This document shows, in pieces, positions 13,140 to 24,940 of a stretch of 64,000 nt of DNA. The notes beneath the pieces were generated by a model that was not told the DNA's origin, did not search any database, and saw nothing but the letters and a program-made list of their open reading frames with translations. The first letter of the stretch is position 1, and each line of letters opens with the position of its first letter. The DNA lies in the NCBI RefSeq assembly GCF_009834535.1, contig NC_045697.1:71860001-71924000 (forward strand), in the 5' to 3' direction. Position numbers and translations under genes: made by a program. This stretch comes from Camelus ferus. Its lineage: Eukaryota.

Positions 13140-13372
13140 TAGCAGTCTGCTTAAGAGCATGTGTTTTCGTGTCAAACAAGACTTAACTTCATGTTCTAAC
13201 TCAGTATTTACAAACAACGTGACCTGTGTTGAAGTCTCAATTTCCTCATACACACAAATGGAGCTTGTAATGACAACATCAGCTCATCCTGTAAGGGTGA
13301 AATAAATTAACCTCTGTAAAGTACTTACCACGTGCCAGACACAAATTAAGTAATCAGTAATTTGTAGCTAAT
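13140..13372 (+). mobile_element. MIR SINE
   Basis: ttaagagcatg..gtgacctg..tctcaatttcctcat..aaatgg..tgtaaagtacttaccacgtgccagacaca. Confidence 0.75.
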
Positions 13373-13694
13373 ACAAAATAGAAAGTATATAGTAAATGAT
13401 TCTTGAAGCAAAGGGAGGCATACCAGATAGCCACTCGTGTATTTACGCATCGTTCATGGGGAGAGAGAGTACAGCTATTCTTAAGCACATTGTCCCAAGG
13501 TTGAAATGTTCTGGACCATGGGACAAGGCTCAGGAAAGAAGTCTTTCCAGGATCACTGACTTTTCAGGTGCTCAGTCCCCCTGGTGGCTGAGCTTTTGCA
13601 GTCACCCGTTGCCTTTGTACTCTTGCTTCCATGCAAATGGGTCATCCGGGCAGAGGAACTGACCACATGGTCTGTTGTATCACACGGTGTAACT

Positions 13695-13901
13695 CAAGGT
13701 TTCTCATCCTCAGCATTGACATTTTGAGGCAGGTGATGTGGTCAGAGCTGTCCTGTGCATTTCAGGATGGTTAGCAGCCACTCTGGCTGGTCTCTGCTTA
13801 CTAGATGTATGTAGCACCCCAGTTCTGATATCCAAAAGTGTTTCTGGACATTGTCAATTGTCCCCTTGGGGGATAAAATCATCCCTGGCTGAGAATAACT
13901 G
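13695..13901 (-). mobile_element. MER20 hAT-Charlie DNA transposon
   Basis: caaggtttctcatcctcagcattgacatttt..gctgtcctgtgcatttcaggatggttagcagc..tgtccccttgggggataaaatcatccctggctgagaataactg; full length with degenerate TIRs. Confidence 0.9.
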
Positions 13902-16900
13902 GGTGGCAAGAACATCAGGGTGAAACATCATCTCAGCAGCCAGTTCAGCTGGAGTCTGAACATTATGTGAATACTTCAGAGTTGAGAAATACAGCTCCTT
14001 TCAGGGTGGGGTTACAGAAGGGTGGTTCATTTACATGGCTGGTTCTAGAAGTAATGGAAAATAAGACCCTAAGGCACCACAATTTTTAACATACCTGTGC
14101 CTGCAGATAATCGTCCAGACTAAAGAGGGAGGCTCAGAGTGAATGGATTCGCAAACATACTTAGGAAAATTGTTTGGAACTGCACTAAGGAAACCTCTCA
14201 GCTGTTGACATAGCTCTGGAAGTATTTCTCCAAAGGGACTCATCTTCTTTGTTTTTTCCTATTTGCATTTTTCTTTCAAAATAATTTTACCATCCGGTGG
14301 AGAACACCAAACAACAAGTTGCCTGAAAAATCCTTTTGGTGATTAAAGAAGTGATTTGCTTTACCTACAGAAGCTTACAGTGGCTTGCAGGGTTGACTAC
14401 AGGACGAGACTTAAAGGTTCAGGGACCTGTGTTCTCTAACAGCACCTGGTTTGCTGTCTCAAAGCTGGTGTCATGGACCTGTTACACTCAGGCTTCTTTT
14501 CGCATACATCTTGAGCTCTTTTGCTATCAGAATATATCGATCTAAATATATTAGAGAAAACTCATCACAAAACTAAAATTTTAATTTAGGGTCCATGAGG
14601 GGCTCCCTGGGATGTTAGTCCCATTCTGAGAGTGGCAATTCCCCCCTAACGCCCGTCAGGACAAGTGAATTACCTGCTCTAGAAAGGCATCTATCCATAT
14701 GAGTGTGACTGTTCGGCTTCAAACAGTCTCTCCTCCCAGACCTCCATGTCTGTGATGGAGCTTAACGTACTCCAGCCATGTCACAAACACATTAAGGTCC
14801 CTTCTGAATAAGAGCTTCCTGCCTAAGCTTTCTGGGGCTGCCTGCCAGAGTCAATCTCAGCTAACATCCTCGGGACACACTTGGATCTCTTAACGATGCA
14901 GCTTCCAGATTCAGGAGGAGAATGTATTATGCTCTGCCAGGAAGCAAAGGAGAGAACACCATTCACTTGCCCATCTGACACACCTCGTCAGGCAAGTGGC
15001 CAAAGCTTGCTTATATTGGGTTCAATAACCTAGTGTTATTCTTTAGAATTTTTTTTCACAGCTCAAAAGCTTGATATATTTTTCCCAACTCCTAGCTTAA
15101 TATCTATTTTCTATTAAAACAAAGGGAAATATATCTTTTGATTTTGTATGAGTTCCCAACAGTGTTAACTCAGAATATTTCCTACCACTTGTAGGATGGC
15201 AGGATGAGCCGTGTTCAGTTCTTTATTAGTCTGAACTTCTGCATAGCTGAAATTGGCTTGGAGTTTCTTTTATATGTATATATATGGCAGGTGGGGCAAG
15301 TTTGCAAAAAGAAACCTTTGTTGAAGAAAAGGAAGAGAAAATGTACATGAAGGAATAAGGGAGAACAAAACTGTACAATAGCGTTTTATCACTGCTCTAA
15401 CATGTCTGATCACTTGATAGCCAAGTACTTCCCTCCAATCGATTTGACATTAAACGATGTTCCTACAGTGTAAAAAGGTTTACTTTTCCCCAAAATTCCA
15501 CAAAGCTATAGAGTATTTAGAGAAAAAGATAAGGTACTTAGATACTTAGATTAAAAAATTGTAACCAGAAATTATTTTTAAGTGAACAGATTAATTTGGC
15601 AGATTAATTTCCTTAAGTTTTCCATCTCTCCTTCTGTAACACTATATCTGGGGGAATAGAATTTCAGGAAACCTGAAGCCAAAGCCTTCCCAGTCTCTGT
15701 ATCTAGCTTCAGGACCGTCGGTGACCAAAGCAGAACAATATCATTATGGTCTTATCTCACATTGCCCTCTCCTGCCACACTCACAGGCCAAGTGTATGCC
15801 CAAGCCTAAAGAACGTGACTTCGACTACTTTATTCTTCTCAGTTGTTGAGAGCATCCAGTTAAGGAAATCAAAATCTAAAGTCAAGTCTAACTGAAGACA
15901 CGTTGGGATCAGGTGTCCCCATTCTATGTGATAGCTGCACTACGGCTGTAGGTTGCTAACTCAGAAATGCTTGTTCAGGGAAAATGAGGACCCAGGGTTA
16001 GCAGATGCAGCTCTGGACGAAGAAGAAGGTATGCTGTGACAACCAAGGGATGACTTAGCCACTGAGAAGAAGATAGTCCATAAGAGCACAAATATCACTT
16101 ACATTGGGAGGTTAATTCCATGGGTTTTTAGTTATTGTTTTTCTAAGTGACCATATGAAATATTACCTGTCATAAAATATGTGGTAAATCATAGGTAAAA
16201 GAAATGTCAACTAAATCCCAAGTTCAACTCTTTTCTACAGGGCCAAATGGAAGGATCTTGTGATCCCACATCCAGCCCTCACTAGCTGCGCCAACCACAG
16301 GAAAAAAAAGCATTTGTTCTGCCATTGCAACCAAAACTGTAACTCATTTTTTTTTATTTACATATAATACACTTAGTAAATAAGTGAGATATGAAAAGAG
16401 AGACATAGAAGCACCATATTTTGCTGTAATGTAAAACATTGCTTTATTTTTCGAAGGCATAATGATGCCTTTATCATGGCTTTCTCATAACACACATGTC
16501 AAAAGCTTCTGTAAATGACTTTACAATCACTTCTCTAATCTTATTCCTAAATTAGCTCTGGAAGAGGAAATAAAATACTTTGAATAAAAAGGTAATTTTC
16601 CTTTACAGAGTCCCATTCAACTAGAAGAAGCAAAAATGTTCTACCATGACTTGACAGCCACTCTATCCAAATCAGAGTCAACTAGACTTGACAATATATA
16701 AATCTCTGGCTTCCTTTTTTCTTTTCTGGTGACAGGTGGCTTTAGGCTTTGGAGTCTGGACAACTGTCGCCTCCTCTACACTGAAGCACTCTTTGATCCA
16801 CTATTCTATTTCCAAGGCTGGCATAATTCAGGTTGGAACAAAATGACTATTTTATTTGTACTTTCCAAATTGTCACTCTACTCTATAACCTCCAAGAAGT

Positions 16901-16929
16901 CTTCTTGACTCATTTTGTTTTCTTGATCT

Positions 16930-17085
16930 CATTCACACAGCATTAACCAAGTATTTACCAAGGCCCTGGGAGTCAGTCTCAGTGTCATACGGCAGGGATA
17001 CCATACACATGAGACTGAATTCCTTCTCCCCAGTAGATATCTAGGAAGACAGATAAAAGCAGAGGAATTGCAATGCAGCATGACC
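16930..17085 (-). mobile_element. L2 3' end fragment
   Basis: cattaaccaagtatttacc..gggatacc..tctaggaagacagataaaagcagaggaattgcaatgcagcatga. Confidence 0.5.
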
Positions 17086-17171
17086 CACTTTATTTTCTAA
17101 CTCAGGGGTTGTTGACCAGCATGCTCTGTGAAGTAATCATGCTTAACTTCATTCCTGTCTTCTTCATAGTT

Positions 17172-17374
17172 TAGCACTGTCCAATAGAAATCTCTGTGAT
17201 GAGGGAGATGTTCTGTAGCTTCATTGTCCAATGTCCACATGTGGCTAGTGAGCACTTGAAATGTGGTTAGGGTGACAGAGGAACTAATTTTTTAATTTTA
17301 TTTCATTTTAACTGATTTAAATTTTAATTTAAACAGCCTCCTATGGCAAGTGACTACCATATTGGATAGTGCAT
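17172..17374 (+). mobile_element. MER3 hAT-Charlie DNA transposon
   Basis: gcactgtccaatagaaatctctgtgatg..ccacatgtggctagtgagcacttgaaatgtgg..AT-rich core..taccatattggatagtgca; inverted ends. Confidence 0.9.
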
Positions 17375-17954
17375 GAGCAGAGATCCTTGGTACTATAAAC
17401 CATATGATCTGATTTAGCTATAAATTAGCCTTTGAATTGTAGAAATCTCAGGGAACTAATCATTACAGACACTGAGTAGTATTGGGGAGAAAACGCATCA
17501 GATTTCAGCCAGATCGAAGGCAGTCTCCTATCTGGATTGAATCTGTAGATGTCTTCTGGTAGCAATCTATTAGTGGCTTATTTAGTATTGAAAGCATAAT
17601 TCTTTTACTAGATTTAGCTATGTCAAGAAAAAAGAACCTAGAAAATACAAAGTAAATACTCTCTCTATGTTTGCACATGATTCCCGCCCTCCCACTTCCA
17701 ATCCAACAGTAAATTGATACAAGTCTGAATTCGCTCGAAGTTATTAAGCACAGAAATGTTTTATTTAGAGAACTGTTGAATGTTAAATGTGCTCTGAAAA
17801 TAAAAACACAAGTATTGGCACAGGATTTCAACATCTGAACTACTCATAAGCAAGGCACTGACCGATGTGGTACCAAGGGATAAAGACCAAAGGGACTTCA
17901 ATAAAGTCAACGAATCAGCATAGGTAAAGATGCACTACATTGTTGGTGAGCGGG

Positions 17955-18165
17955 CAGTGATGTGCGAGGAACGGGCACATTGTAGGTAAGTCTCGATTTG
18001 AATCCCAGCTCCAATGTTTACAGCTGGGTGCCCTTGGGAAATTTCCTGTAGTCTGCTCATCTGTAAAGTGAGGATAATAATATCTCCCTCACAGATTGTT
18101 GAGAGAACCGTAAATAACGTGCTCCAAATTCTCGGTACTCAAGAAACGGTAGTTATTATTATTAT
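17955..18165 (+). mobile_element. MIR SINE
   Basis: tttgaatcccagctcc..cagctgggtgcccttggg..ctcatctgtaaagtgaggataataata..cacagattgttgagag. Confidence 0.85.
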
Positions 18166-19224
18166 GGCAGGTATGGAAGTCTAAGGGTTACAGTCACAGC
18201 AGCCAGGACCATTTGAATGCCATCAAGCCACTATTAAGTTCAGGACACAGGAGCCTCCTTTTTTATAAGTGAACAACTATAAATAAGACAAAGTTCTGTC
18301 CCAAGCCAATAGGAGAGTCACAAAGCTACAGTTAAAAGAATACTGAAGAAACAGCTCCCTTGTCCACAAGTTTAACCTGTTACGGTCAAAATGTCTTTCC
18401 CCTGCATTAATGTGCTCTCACGTTGAATACAGAATTTGTAAGAAGTTAAAGAGAGAATGGTAAAAGTGACTGGCTAATCAAAGAACTGAAACTACTTGTT
18501 TTTATTTGAAACTCAAATCATATGTGTTCTTTGGAAAGTATAATTTGACCCCAGAGAAATGATGTAGGAAGAGAGTTATTCTAAAATCAACATTTGAACT
18601 CTTCCTCCTGCTGCCCCAGCATTTTACTCATTTGATTCCGACGTTACAGGCTGCCTTTCTAGCTTGTGATTAGACTCTAAGGAGCAACATTAGAAAAAGA
18701 GTTAACAGGACATACGGGTGACAAATGTGTACTCTTATTGACAAAGACAGAGAGGCTTAGAACCCTGCCCACAGCTCTTAGTTAGCAATCTTTCTTCTTT
18801 CAAAAGTGGCTCTTACATTTGTTTTACTAATAGTGAGATTATTTCAGCAGTAACCAGGAGGTGACACTTTGCAAGGGGGAGAGTAATGAGCAAATAGTGC
18901 CTCTAAACCATGTCCTTTGCATAGCCATTCTGTGCTCTGACAGACACAGCAATTACTATCACAATTGTGCCAAATTATTAAATTAGTCTCAAAGCAATTT
19001 GCATTAAAACTCTTTCTCTTTTCTCCTCTCTCTTTCTCTCTTTCTCTCTCGCTGCCCACATGCATATAAATACAAGTATGTAATTTTTTTGAAGTTGTAG
19101 GTAAATAAAATTCCTACTTAAACAAAAAAAATTACAAAACTAAAACATACATGTTTAGAGTATTGATCAATTAAGCAGGAAAATTTATCACAATGTATAT
19201 ATAACTAAAAATACAAGGTAACAA

Positions 19225-19460
19225 GGTGATGGAAGTAAGATCTTGAGTTAAACAACTTGCAATTAGATCCTGCCTTGGCTTCACCAGTTAGCTAAGTGAT
19301 CTTGGGCATGTTATGCAGGTGTTTCAAGCTTCAATTCCTTCATCTTCTAGAAACAGAAAGAACAATAGTATCTATTTTATAAAGCTATTGTAATGATTTA
19401 AAAATAATGCATGAAAATCTCTTTGCACAGAGCCTAACATAATAGGAATCAATAAATGGA
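19225..19460 (+). mobile_element. MIR SINE
   Basis: gtgatcttgggcatgtta..cttcaattccttcatct..gcacagagcctaacataataggaatcaataaatg. Confidence 0.75.
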
Positions 19461-20008
19461 TAGATATTGTTAAATATATGTAATCATTGTTTCCTGCATG
19501 GTAATAGGCAACTATGAAAAATCACTTATGCAGGTTAATATATTTGGCATTATGTTTATGCAGCCAAACCATGTCTTGTTTTATTTTTCCAATATCTAAA
19601 GTAAAGAGTGCCAAACAGAATCAATAAAAAAAATTCCGTATCTGAATACATTATCATAAATTACAAGAACATCAGAAACAAAGTGAAAATTATGTAAGCT
19701 CTTTAGTATATTAAAGAGAAGGTGCAGACAACCTTACAAAGAACAATAATAAATAGGTATCATATGTCAAGGACACTGGATGCAAGAAGACAGTGAAGTA
19801 ACATTTTTACAGTATAACAGACTGAATACTTGAACATAGAATATATCCTGCTAAAATGCAAATTTTTAAATGAGAATGAAATAAAGATATGTTTAGACAT
19901 AAAGGACTCAGAAAATTGACTGCACAAGAACCCACTTTTAAAATGTTCTTGAAGGAAGCACTCATGAAAAAAGAAATCAATGTAAAAATATCTTCATAAG
20001 ATATGAGG

Positions 20009-20430
20009 CAGCAACATGGATGGAGCTGGAGATTGTCATTCTAAGTGAAGTAAGCCAGAAAGAGAAAGAAAAATACCATATGAGATCGCTCATATGTGGA
20101 ATCAAAAAAGGAAAGGCAAATGAACTTATTTACAAAACAGAAACAGACTCACAGACATAGAAAACAAACTTATGGTTACCAGTGGGAAAAGGGGGTGGGA
20201 AGGGATAAGTTGGGAGTCTGAGATTTGGAGATACCAACTACTATATATAAAATAGAAAAACAAGTTTATAATGTATAGCACAGGGAACTATATTCAATAT
20301 CTCGTAGTAACTTATGGTGAAAAAGAATATGAAAAGGAATATATATATGTATATGTGTGACTGAAACATTATGCTGTACACCAGAAATTGACACAACATT
20401 ATAAACTGACTATACTTCAATTTAAAAAAA
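20009..20430 (+). mobile_element. Young 5'-truncated L1 3' end with target-site duplication
   Basis: cagcaacatggatggagctggagattgtcattctaagtgaagtaagccag...tatacttcaattt plus A-tail; TSD aagatatgagg (19998-20008) / aagacatgagg (20431-20441). Confidence 0.95.
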
Positions 20431-21124
20431 AAGACATGAGGAATAAGTATGAGAAAACAAATTAATACCTTTTTGAATTGTGATGTAAATAAGCAATTAC
20501 CAAACAAGAAGCAGAAGACCAAAACTTAGCCAAAAAAGAAAAAATATCCAGAAAATCCAGAAAATCAATGTCTAAATGATAACAATGTCAAGGGAAAAAC
20601 AAACAAACAAACAAACTTGAGGATAGAAACAGAACAAAAGCAGTAAGAACATTCCAAGGACATGCCTTGTTTGGGGAAAAAATAAACATATGTATTGTCC
20701 TTTTACCTTCAGGAAAAAAAACACTCAAAGAATGAACAGAATACACAACTTTCAACTAGTATAAGAAAAATTCACGTGTTCGATGAATTGTAGGGGAAAA
20801 GAACACCAAAGTGATAAATATACAATCATCAAATAAGCTGTCCCAAATAAGAACTAATGTAATAATTAAAATAATACAAATGAACTAAATTCAAAAATTA
20901 CATAGTGACCTTCAGATTAAAAAATAAGAATCAGTACTGTTATCTATTAGGCATAAATTTTAAAGGAAAAGTATATTAAGAGGTTGAAAATAAAGAGATG
21001 ATGTTTCAAGCAATTTGAACCAAAAGACAGCTGTGGAAGCAACAGTAAAAACAGACAGGAGACATAAAAAGCATACAGCACCAGAAGGACCATTATATAT
21101 CTGAAGAAGCAAGAGTAAATCTAA

Positions 21125-21292
21125 AATATTATAGATATAAATATACAGTATATATAATTATATTTTATATATTATTTAATTGTATTAACATGTTATATAC
21201 TATATAGTATAATATAACATAGTATTACTATATATTATATATAAGTGTATATACCCATATATAACTATATAATATATGGAAACATATAATAA
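21125..21292. repeat. AT-rich low-complexity / degenerate (TA)n tract
   Basis: tatataattatattttatatattatttaattgtatt...tatatattatatataag. Confidence 0.85.
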
Positions 21293-21384
21293 ATTTCTAA
21301 TAGTTACAGATGTGTGTGTATGAAATAAGCAAAGCAAAAGCAGGCAGAATTATGGGGAGAAATAGATCAATTGATACCACTTGA

Positions 21385-22622
21385 GCAACCCTCCTCTGTC
21401 TAACATCATAATTGCTCCCCCTCTACTGAGTCATTTCCATTAGCACACAGAACCTCTTAATGCTACTTCCCTCTTTAGCTCCCACTTATAGTAAAATTCT
21501 TCAAAACAGTCGTCTACACTTCCTGCCTCCCATCCCCATTTTTCCGTGGCTCTTGAACCTTCTCCAGTCAGGTGATTATCCCCACGGCTCACCCAGACTG
21601 CTCTTTTCAAGGTCCCCGAGCACTTCCACCATGCTGCCAGGGTGAACGAAATCTTATTCAGCCTCTCGTTTGGCCAAAGCTGAACACTCTTTTCCCTCTT
21701 GAAACAATTATGTCACTTGGCTTCTTTCTCCTGGCCTTCCTTCCACAGCCTTGGCTGTTGCCCTTAATATCCTTTGCTGGTTCTTCTGCTTCCCTTTATC
21801 CTCTGAACCCTGGAGAGCCTAGAATCATCCCAGCGCAGCTCTTATCTGTGCTAGTTCCAGAGCTGATCTCATCCTGTTTCCTGACTTTATATACCACCTA
21901 TTTGCTAGTAAATCACATTCCTACTTCCACCTGGGACCGCTCCCTGGAGCTCCAGGGGCATCTACCTGTATGACATCTCTACTTGCATATCTAAAAGGCA
22001 CCTCACATCAACACGTCCAAAGCCAAACTCCTGTATCTACAGCTTCAAAACCTGCTCCTCCAGGAGCCTTTCCCTTCCCAGTAAATGTCACCTGTACTCT
22101 TCCGCTAGTTCAGCCCAAAACTCGTGTTGCTTCCTCTACTTTTATCTTTCTCTCACAACACACATTCAATATATTGGCAAAATCTGTTTGCTTAGCTTAT
22201 ATATATATATTGATTCCATTCACTTCCACTCTCATCTAAGAAACCGTATTACCTCTCACCTGACATATTACATCCTAATTTGCTCCCCTAAAAGCTAATC
22301 TCATCACAACAGCCACTGTAATCCTTGTAAAATTTAATTCAGAGTATGTCACTCTTCCCATTAAAAATCCACAATGGTTTTCTGTATCTCTGAGTAAACT
22401 TCAGAGTCCTTACGATGTTCTCTGGGATTGATTTCTCCATTTCTGCTCTGATATTGACTTGTGGTCACACTGGTCTCCTGCTTTTCCACTGACATTCCTC
22501 CTAGCTCAAGGGCCTTTGCACTTGCTGTTTCTTCCCCCTGAAATGATTTTCCACTGGTTATCCATAGATCTTTATGGTCTTCTGGTGTCTGCTCAAGTGT
22601 TGTCTTCTCAGCAGGCAGTTTG
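21385..22622 (+). mobile_element. L2 LINE, about 1.2 kb
   Basis: ctcttgaaccttctccagtcagg..taccacctatttgct..catctctacttgcatatctaaaaggcacctcacatcaacacgtccaaagccaaactc..gggcctttgcacttgctgtt. Confidence 0.85.
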
Positions 22623-22624
22623 CC

Positions 22625-22961
22625 TGTGGAAATTCCTACAGATCAATTTACTGAAGAAGAAAACAGTGCACTCCCCTGAGTAGACAGGTTGCTCATCACA
22701 CACAGTTCACTTCACAAGACTCACTTCACTGTACCCACCAGACCTAAACAATATCACAAACTCTGCCCAATCCCAAAGGAGACCCATCTGAAACCACTTC
22801 CGCCCAGACCCCCAAACCCTACGTATATATCCATTCTGACTTCTCCTCTGAAATACCAAAACTCTGTCAAAATGGCTTTAATCCCTTACTGTAGTGCATT
22901 CAGATAAACTTAGTTGTTCTTTAGTAACAGGTTGTCTGGTGATATTTTGGAGAATTCAACA
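22625..22961 (+). mobile_element. ERV1 solo LTR (MER110-like)
   Basis: TG...CA ends; 3' part actctgtcaaaatggc..cccttactgtagt..gataaacttag..aacaggttgtctggtgatattttggagaattcaaca. Confidence 0.65.
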
Positions 22962-22974
22962 AGGGATTAGATAG

Positions 22975-24075
22975 TTTGTATCCTTTTTAGGTTTTCCAAG
23001 AAGCAGAAAAAGTGGGAAAGCTGCCCATTTATTTAAGAGGCTAGATCAACCTTGATTCCAGAACAAAGTGGGAATCCCTATTGAGAAAAGAAATATACAA
23101 CTAAATTGCTTGTTAACATTGATACAAAATTGTTAAATAAAATGTTATTTAAACACATCCAAATTGATATTAATAAAAAGCAAAGATCACATAGGGTTTA
23201 TCCCAAACTCCTTCATTTTCATTTACATATTAAATCTACATGTTAAATATGATTTAATATAAGAAAAATCTATCAGGAGAGTCATCACATCTCCAAAAGG
23301 AGAAAAATCATATAATTAATTGATCAAAAATACTGTGTAATGTAAAAAGAAAACAAAAATGTAAAACAAAGAATTCATCCTTAACTTGATTATTCCTGTC
23401 CCCAAGAATTACATAAAATATCTCTTTGAGATTTATTTCCTTTCAGATGAAGAAACAAGAATGCTCCGTGAGATGACGAAATAAGAATGCTCACTGTCAC
23501 CTCCACTGTTCAGCATTGGTCTAGGAGAAAAAGTAAAAAGAAATTACTAAAATTGGAAAGGAAGAGACAAAACTGTAATTATTTTCAGATGATATAATCA
23601 TTTATAAAGAAAAGCAAACAAAGTCCCAAACTACTAGACACAGTTAAGATTGATAAACAAGGTTGTTTGGTACAAGGTCAACTTAAAAAACAATTTTCTT
23701 TATAGCAGCAATAACAAAACAGGAAACGAAACCAGAATAAAAGGCCACTTTAACAGCAACAAAGGTGATAAAGCAATCAGAAATTAACCTAATAAAGAAG
23801 GCACATGGCTTTTATGAAGAAAAAGCAAATATCTTTATCAAGCAACATAAAAGAGCATCTGAATAAACGGAGAAAGACTCCATTGAGTCTCGGTTGAAAC
23901 AAGTTATTGTTAAGACATCTTATTTCCCTCAATTAATCTTTAAAGATGATGCATTAAAAATAAAGTCCAGCAGGATGTTTTGTAGAAACTGACAAATTGA
24001 GTCTAAAATTTATTGGCAAGAACAAAGGCCCATGAATGGCTAAACAATGTTGAAAAGGACGAGCAGAGAGGGACT
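22975..24075 (+). mobile_element. Old L1M ORF2 reverse-transcriptase region (decayed)
   Basis: aacattgatacaaaattgttaaataaaat..tagggtttatccca..aattggaaaggaagagacaaaactgtaattattttcagatgatataat (decayed SLFADDMI motif)..gtagaaactgacaaattgagtctaaaattt. Confidence 0.9.
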
Positions 24076-24305
24076 CATTGGTTTGGGAGTCAGACCATAG
24101 GCTTCTGAGACCTGGCTCTCCCTTCCTGGTTATGTGTCTCCAAGCAACTTGTTCATCTTCCCAAGCCTTGGTTTTCTCATGTATATGATGAACATAATAA
24201 TATAGCCTTCCTCGGTGGACTAATGTGAGCATTAGATGAAATAATATACGTAAAATGCCTGAAATGTCTTGAGCACTCAATACATTTAAGCTGCTGTTAA
24301 TATCA
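24076..24305 (+). mobile_element. MIR SINE
   Basis: ggagtcagacc..gccttggttttctcatgt..tgtgagcattagatgaaataatatacgtaaaatgcct..gcactcaatacat. Confidence 0.85.
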
Positions 24306-24824
24306 TATTAACATAGAGTTATCTGTGTGTCTTACCCTCCTTGCAACACCAGAATTGTTTAGCATAAGCATAGGGTACTATGCAAGTTTTTCTCCTGTAG
24401 TGAATAGCCTTTACATATGAGTCTTTTTATTTATGTATGTAAATAAAGAGGAGAGATTTCTGTATGTAAATAAAGAGGAAAAAGAGGAAGATTATTTCTT
24501 CTTCACTTAAGATAAGAGAACTCGAGTCAGCGGCATTCTATTCTTTTCTAGCCTTAAGGATATAATCGCCAAAAAAAAAAAAACAAAAAAAAAAAACGAA
24601 AAGGAAAGAAAACAAACCATGCAAGCAGAGGCTTTACTGGGACTGGGTGACGTATGGCATCATCACCCTAAACACTGACCCTGAACTCTTAATGCCCTGC
24701 CCCTCTTAGAATCTGGTCTGCTGATGTAGAAAGAGGCAGCACAACTCAGTCAATAGGAAAACTCAATAAGCTTAATAACAAACTGGAAATTTTAAGGCCT
24801 AATACCTTGCTAAAATATTTAGAA

Positions 24825-24940
24825 CTTTACTTCCCTTTTGTCTTTCACTTTCCGTATCTGTAAAATGGGAATAACAATTCTGGCTTTCCCGGCACAACTC
24901 CTGAAGAGATTCATGAAGATGACAGCGCTATACAAATGCT
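24825..24940 (+). mobile_element. MIR core fragment
   Basis: cactttccgtatctgtaaaatgggaataacaat. Confidence 0.6.

Larger units (their letters stand above)
19600..21380 (+). mobile_element. Old L1M (ORF1 3' part to ORF2 endonuclease), interrupted by a young L1 and an AT-rich tract
   Basis: acactggatgcaagaagacagtgaagtaacatt..tatcctgctaaa..gaaataaagata..actcagaaaatt (ORF1-like); aagcaaaagcaggcagaattatggggagaaatagatc (endonuclease-like). Confidence 0.7.

Noticed and set aside
21572..22239. Abutting 133-aa and 89-aa ORFs that look operon-like
   Set aside because: Both lie inside an L2 relic in a mammalian genome; chance arrangement
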